Below are positions 53,358 through 54,758 of a stretch of 54,758 bases of DNA, piece after piece. The notes under the pieces were generated by a model, which saw only the letters and a program-made list of their open reading frames with translations, was not told the origin of the DNA and ran no database searches. Every line of letters begins with the position of its first letter. The first letter of the stretch is position 1. The stretch is taken from the NCBI RefSeq assembly GCF_001194135.2, contig NC_068982.1, forward strand, positions 7,172,793 through 7,227,550. The letters are read 5' to 3'. Position numbers and translations under genes: made by a program. Origin of the DNA: Octopus bimaculoides. Its lineage: Eukaryota.

Positions 53358-53476
53358 GCAAAAACATCAGGCCTAACAAGTATATATATAACATTAAAAA
53401 AATAGCACAACAAGGCACACAGAACTGCGCTCGGAGGTGCAGTGAAAACACGCAATAAAAATAAAACTTCTGAATA

Positions 53477-53505
53477 CTACTACTACTACTACTGTTACTA
53501 CTACT

Positions 53506-53547
<42 letters not shown>

Positions 53548-53548
53548 C

Positions 53549-53596
<48 letters not shown>
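53477..53596 (+). repeat. (TAC)n then (TAA)n trinucleotide tract
   Basis: Directly visible. Confidence 0.95.
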
Positions 53597-53598
<2 letters not shown>

Positions 53599-54551
53599 AA
53601 TGCCAAAGCGAAAATGCCACAGAACCACTATTATTGTAAGTAAGAAGGTCAGGCTTGTTTACGATGGCAGATTGCAACGATAAAGCACTGTACAAACACT
53701 TGAGAATGAATGAAACTGAAAATAGGTAAATAATAAAGAAAAGAATGCATGGACAATTTCATAAGGATGTTGAAGCAAAGACAAATAGAGAACAAAAGAT
53801 CGCTATGGATGACTAAAAGTGATTTAAAACTGGAAATGAAGGCTCTAGTCTGTGCTGCCCAAGAGCAAGCACTAAGAACGAATTACATCAAATACAGAAT
53901 AGACAACACATCAGAAAATGATAAGTGCAGAATTTGTGGACAAAATGGTGAAGCATTATGGCATATTACCAGTCAATGTACGCCACTAGTCCAGAAAGAA
54001 TATAAGAGACGTCATGACAATATAGCAATGATTGTCCTTTGGACATTTTGCAACAGGTATGGACTTGACAGAGCAAAATAAGTGGTACGAACATAAACCA
54101 GAAGGCCTCCTCGAAAGTAATAGAAAGATCGTATGGGATTTTATGATTCAGTGTGACCATGAGATAGAGAATAGGAAACCAGACATGGTGCTTATTGAGA
54201 AAGAAAGCAAAAGATGCTAGATCATAGATATAGCATGCCCAACTGACAACAAGGTATGCGATAAGGAAGAAAGAAAAGTCGATAGATATGACAGGTTAGC
54301 TAGGGAGGTTAAGCAGTTGTGGTCGATGAAAAAGGTGGTAGTAGTACCAATAATTGTCGGAGCCCTGGGAACAGTGAGAAAAAATCTCGAGAAGTACGTG
54401 GAACAAATAGGGTCTGCAATAAGGGTGGAGCACTTGCAGAAAATAGCACTGCTTGGACCGCTCGGATACTCCGAAAAATAAGGGATGTTACCTTAGTTCC
54501 CTGTAAGTGAACAACTGGCACCGTAGTACATCTCTACCGTTAGAAGCTGTG

Positions 54552-54555
<4 letters not shown>
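53592..54555 (+). mobile_element. 5'-truncated R4/Dong-like RLE non-LTR retrotransposon between (TAA)n tracts (pseudogenised)
   Basis: Translates across a frameshift and stops as MHGQF...LVCAAQEQALRTNY...KCRICGQNGEALWHITSQC (CCHC finger), RRHDNIA, KPDMVLIEKESKRC*IIDIACP (PD..D restriction-like endonuclease), VVPIIVGALG. (TAA)n lies on both sides. Confidence 0.9.

Positions 54556-54758
<203 letters not shown>

Overview
AT-rich animal genomic DNA from a draft assembly with 11 N-gaps. It is dominated by microsatellites, tRNA-headed SINEs and decayed transposons. The repeat repertoire is most consistent with an octopod cephalopod (inference from the SINE families, not proven). I could not support any intact host protein-coding gene, and most ORF-track entries are microsatellite or N-gap read-throughs. 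Recognisable elements are: four SINE families; a frameshifted gag-like ORF1 (CX2CX4HX4C knuckle) of an L1/Tx1-like element with no ORF2, sitting between two (GATA)n tracts; R4/Dong-like RLE LINE fragments in (TAA)n; a second RLE LINE fragment beside (TATG)n; a Penelope-like relic (RT plus GIY-YIG); Tc1/mariner fragments and MITEs; and a 35-bp U2 snRNA 5' fragment. The most interesting signal is an apparent parasitic network. The ORF1-only element and one SINE subfamily share the same ~45-nt 3' terminus, and three different non-LTR lineages each sit in a different microsatellite class. All alignments and identities were done by eye and are approximate.
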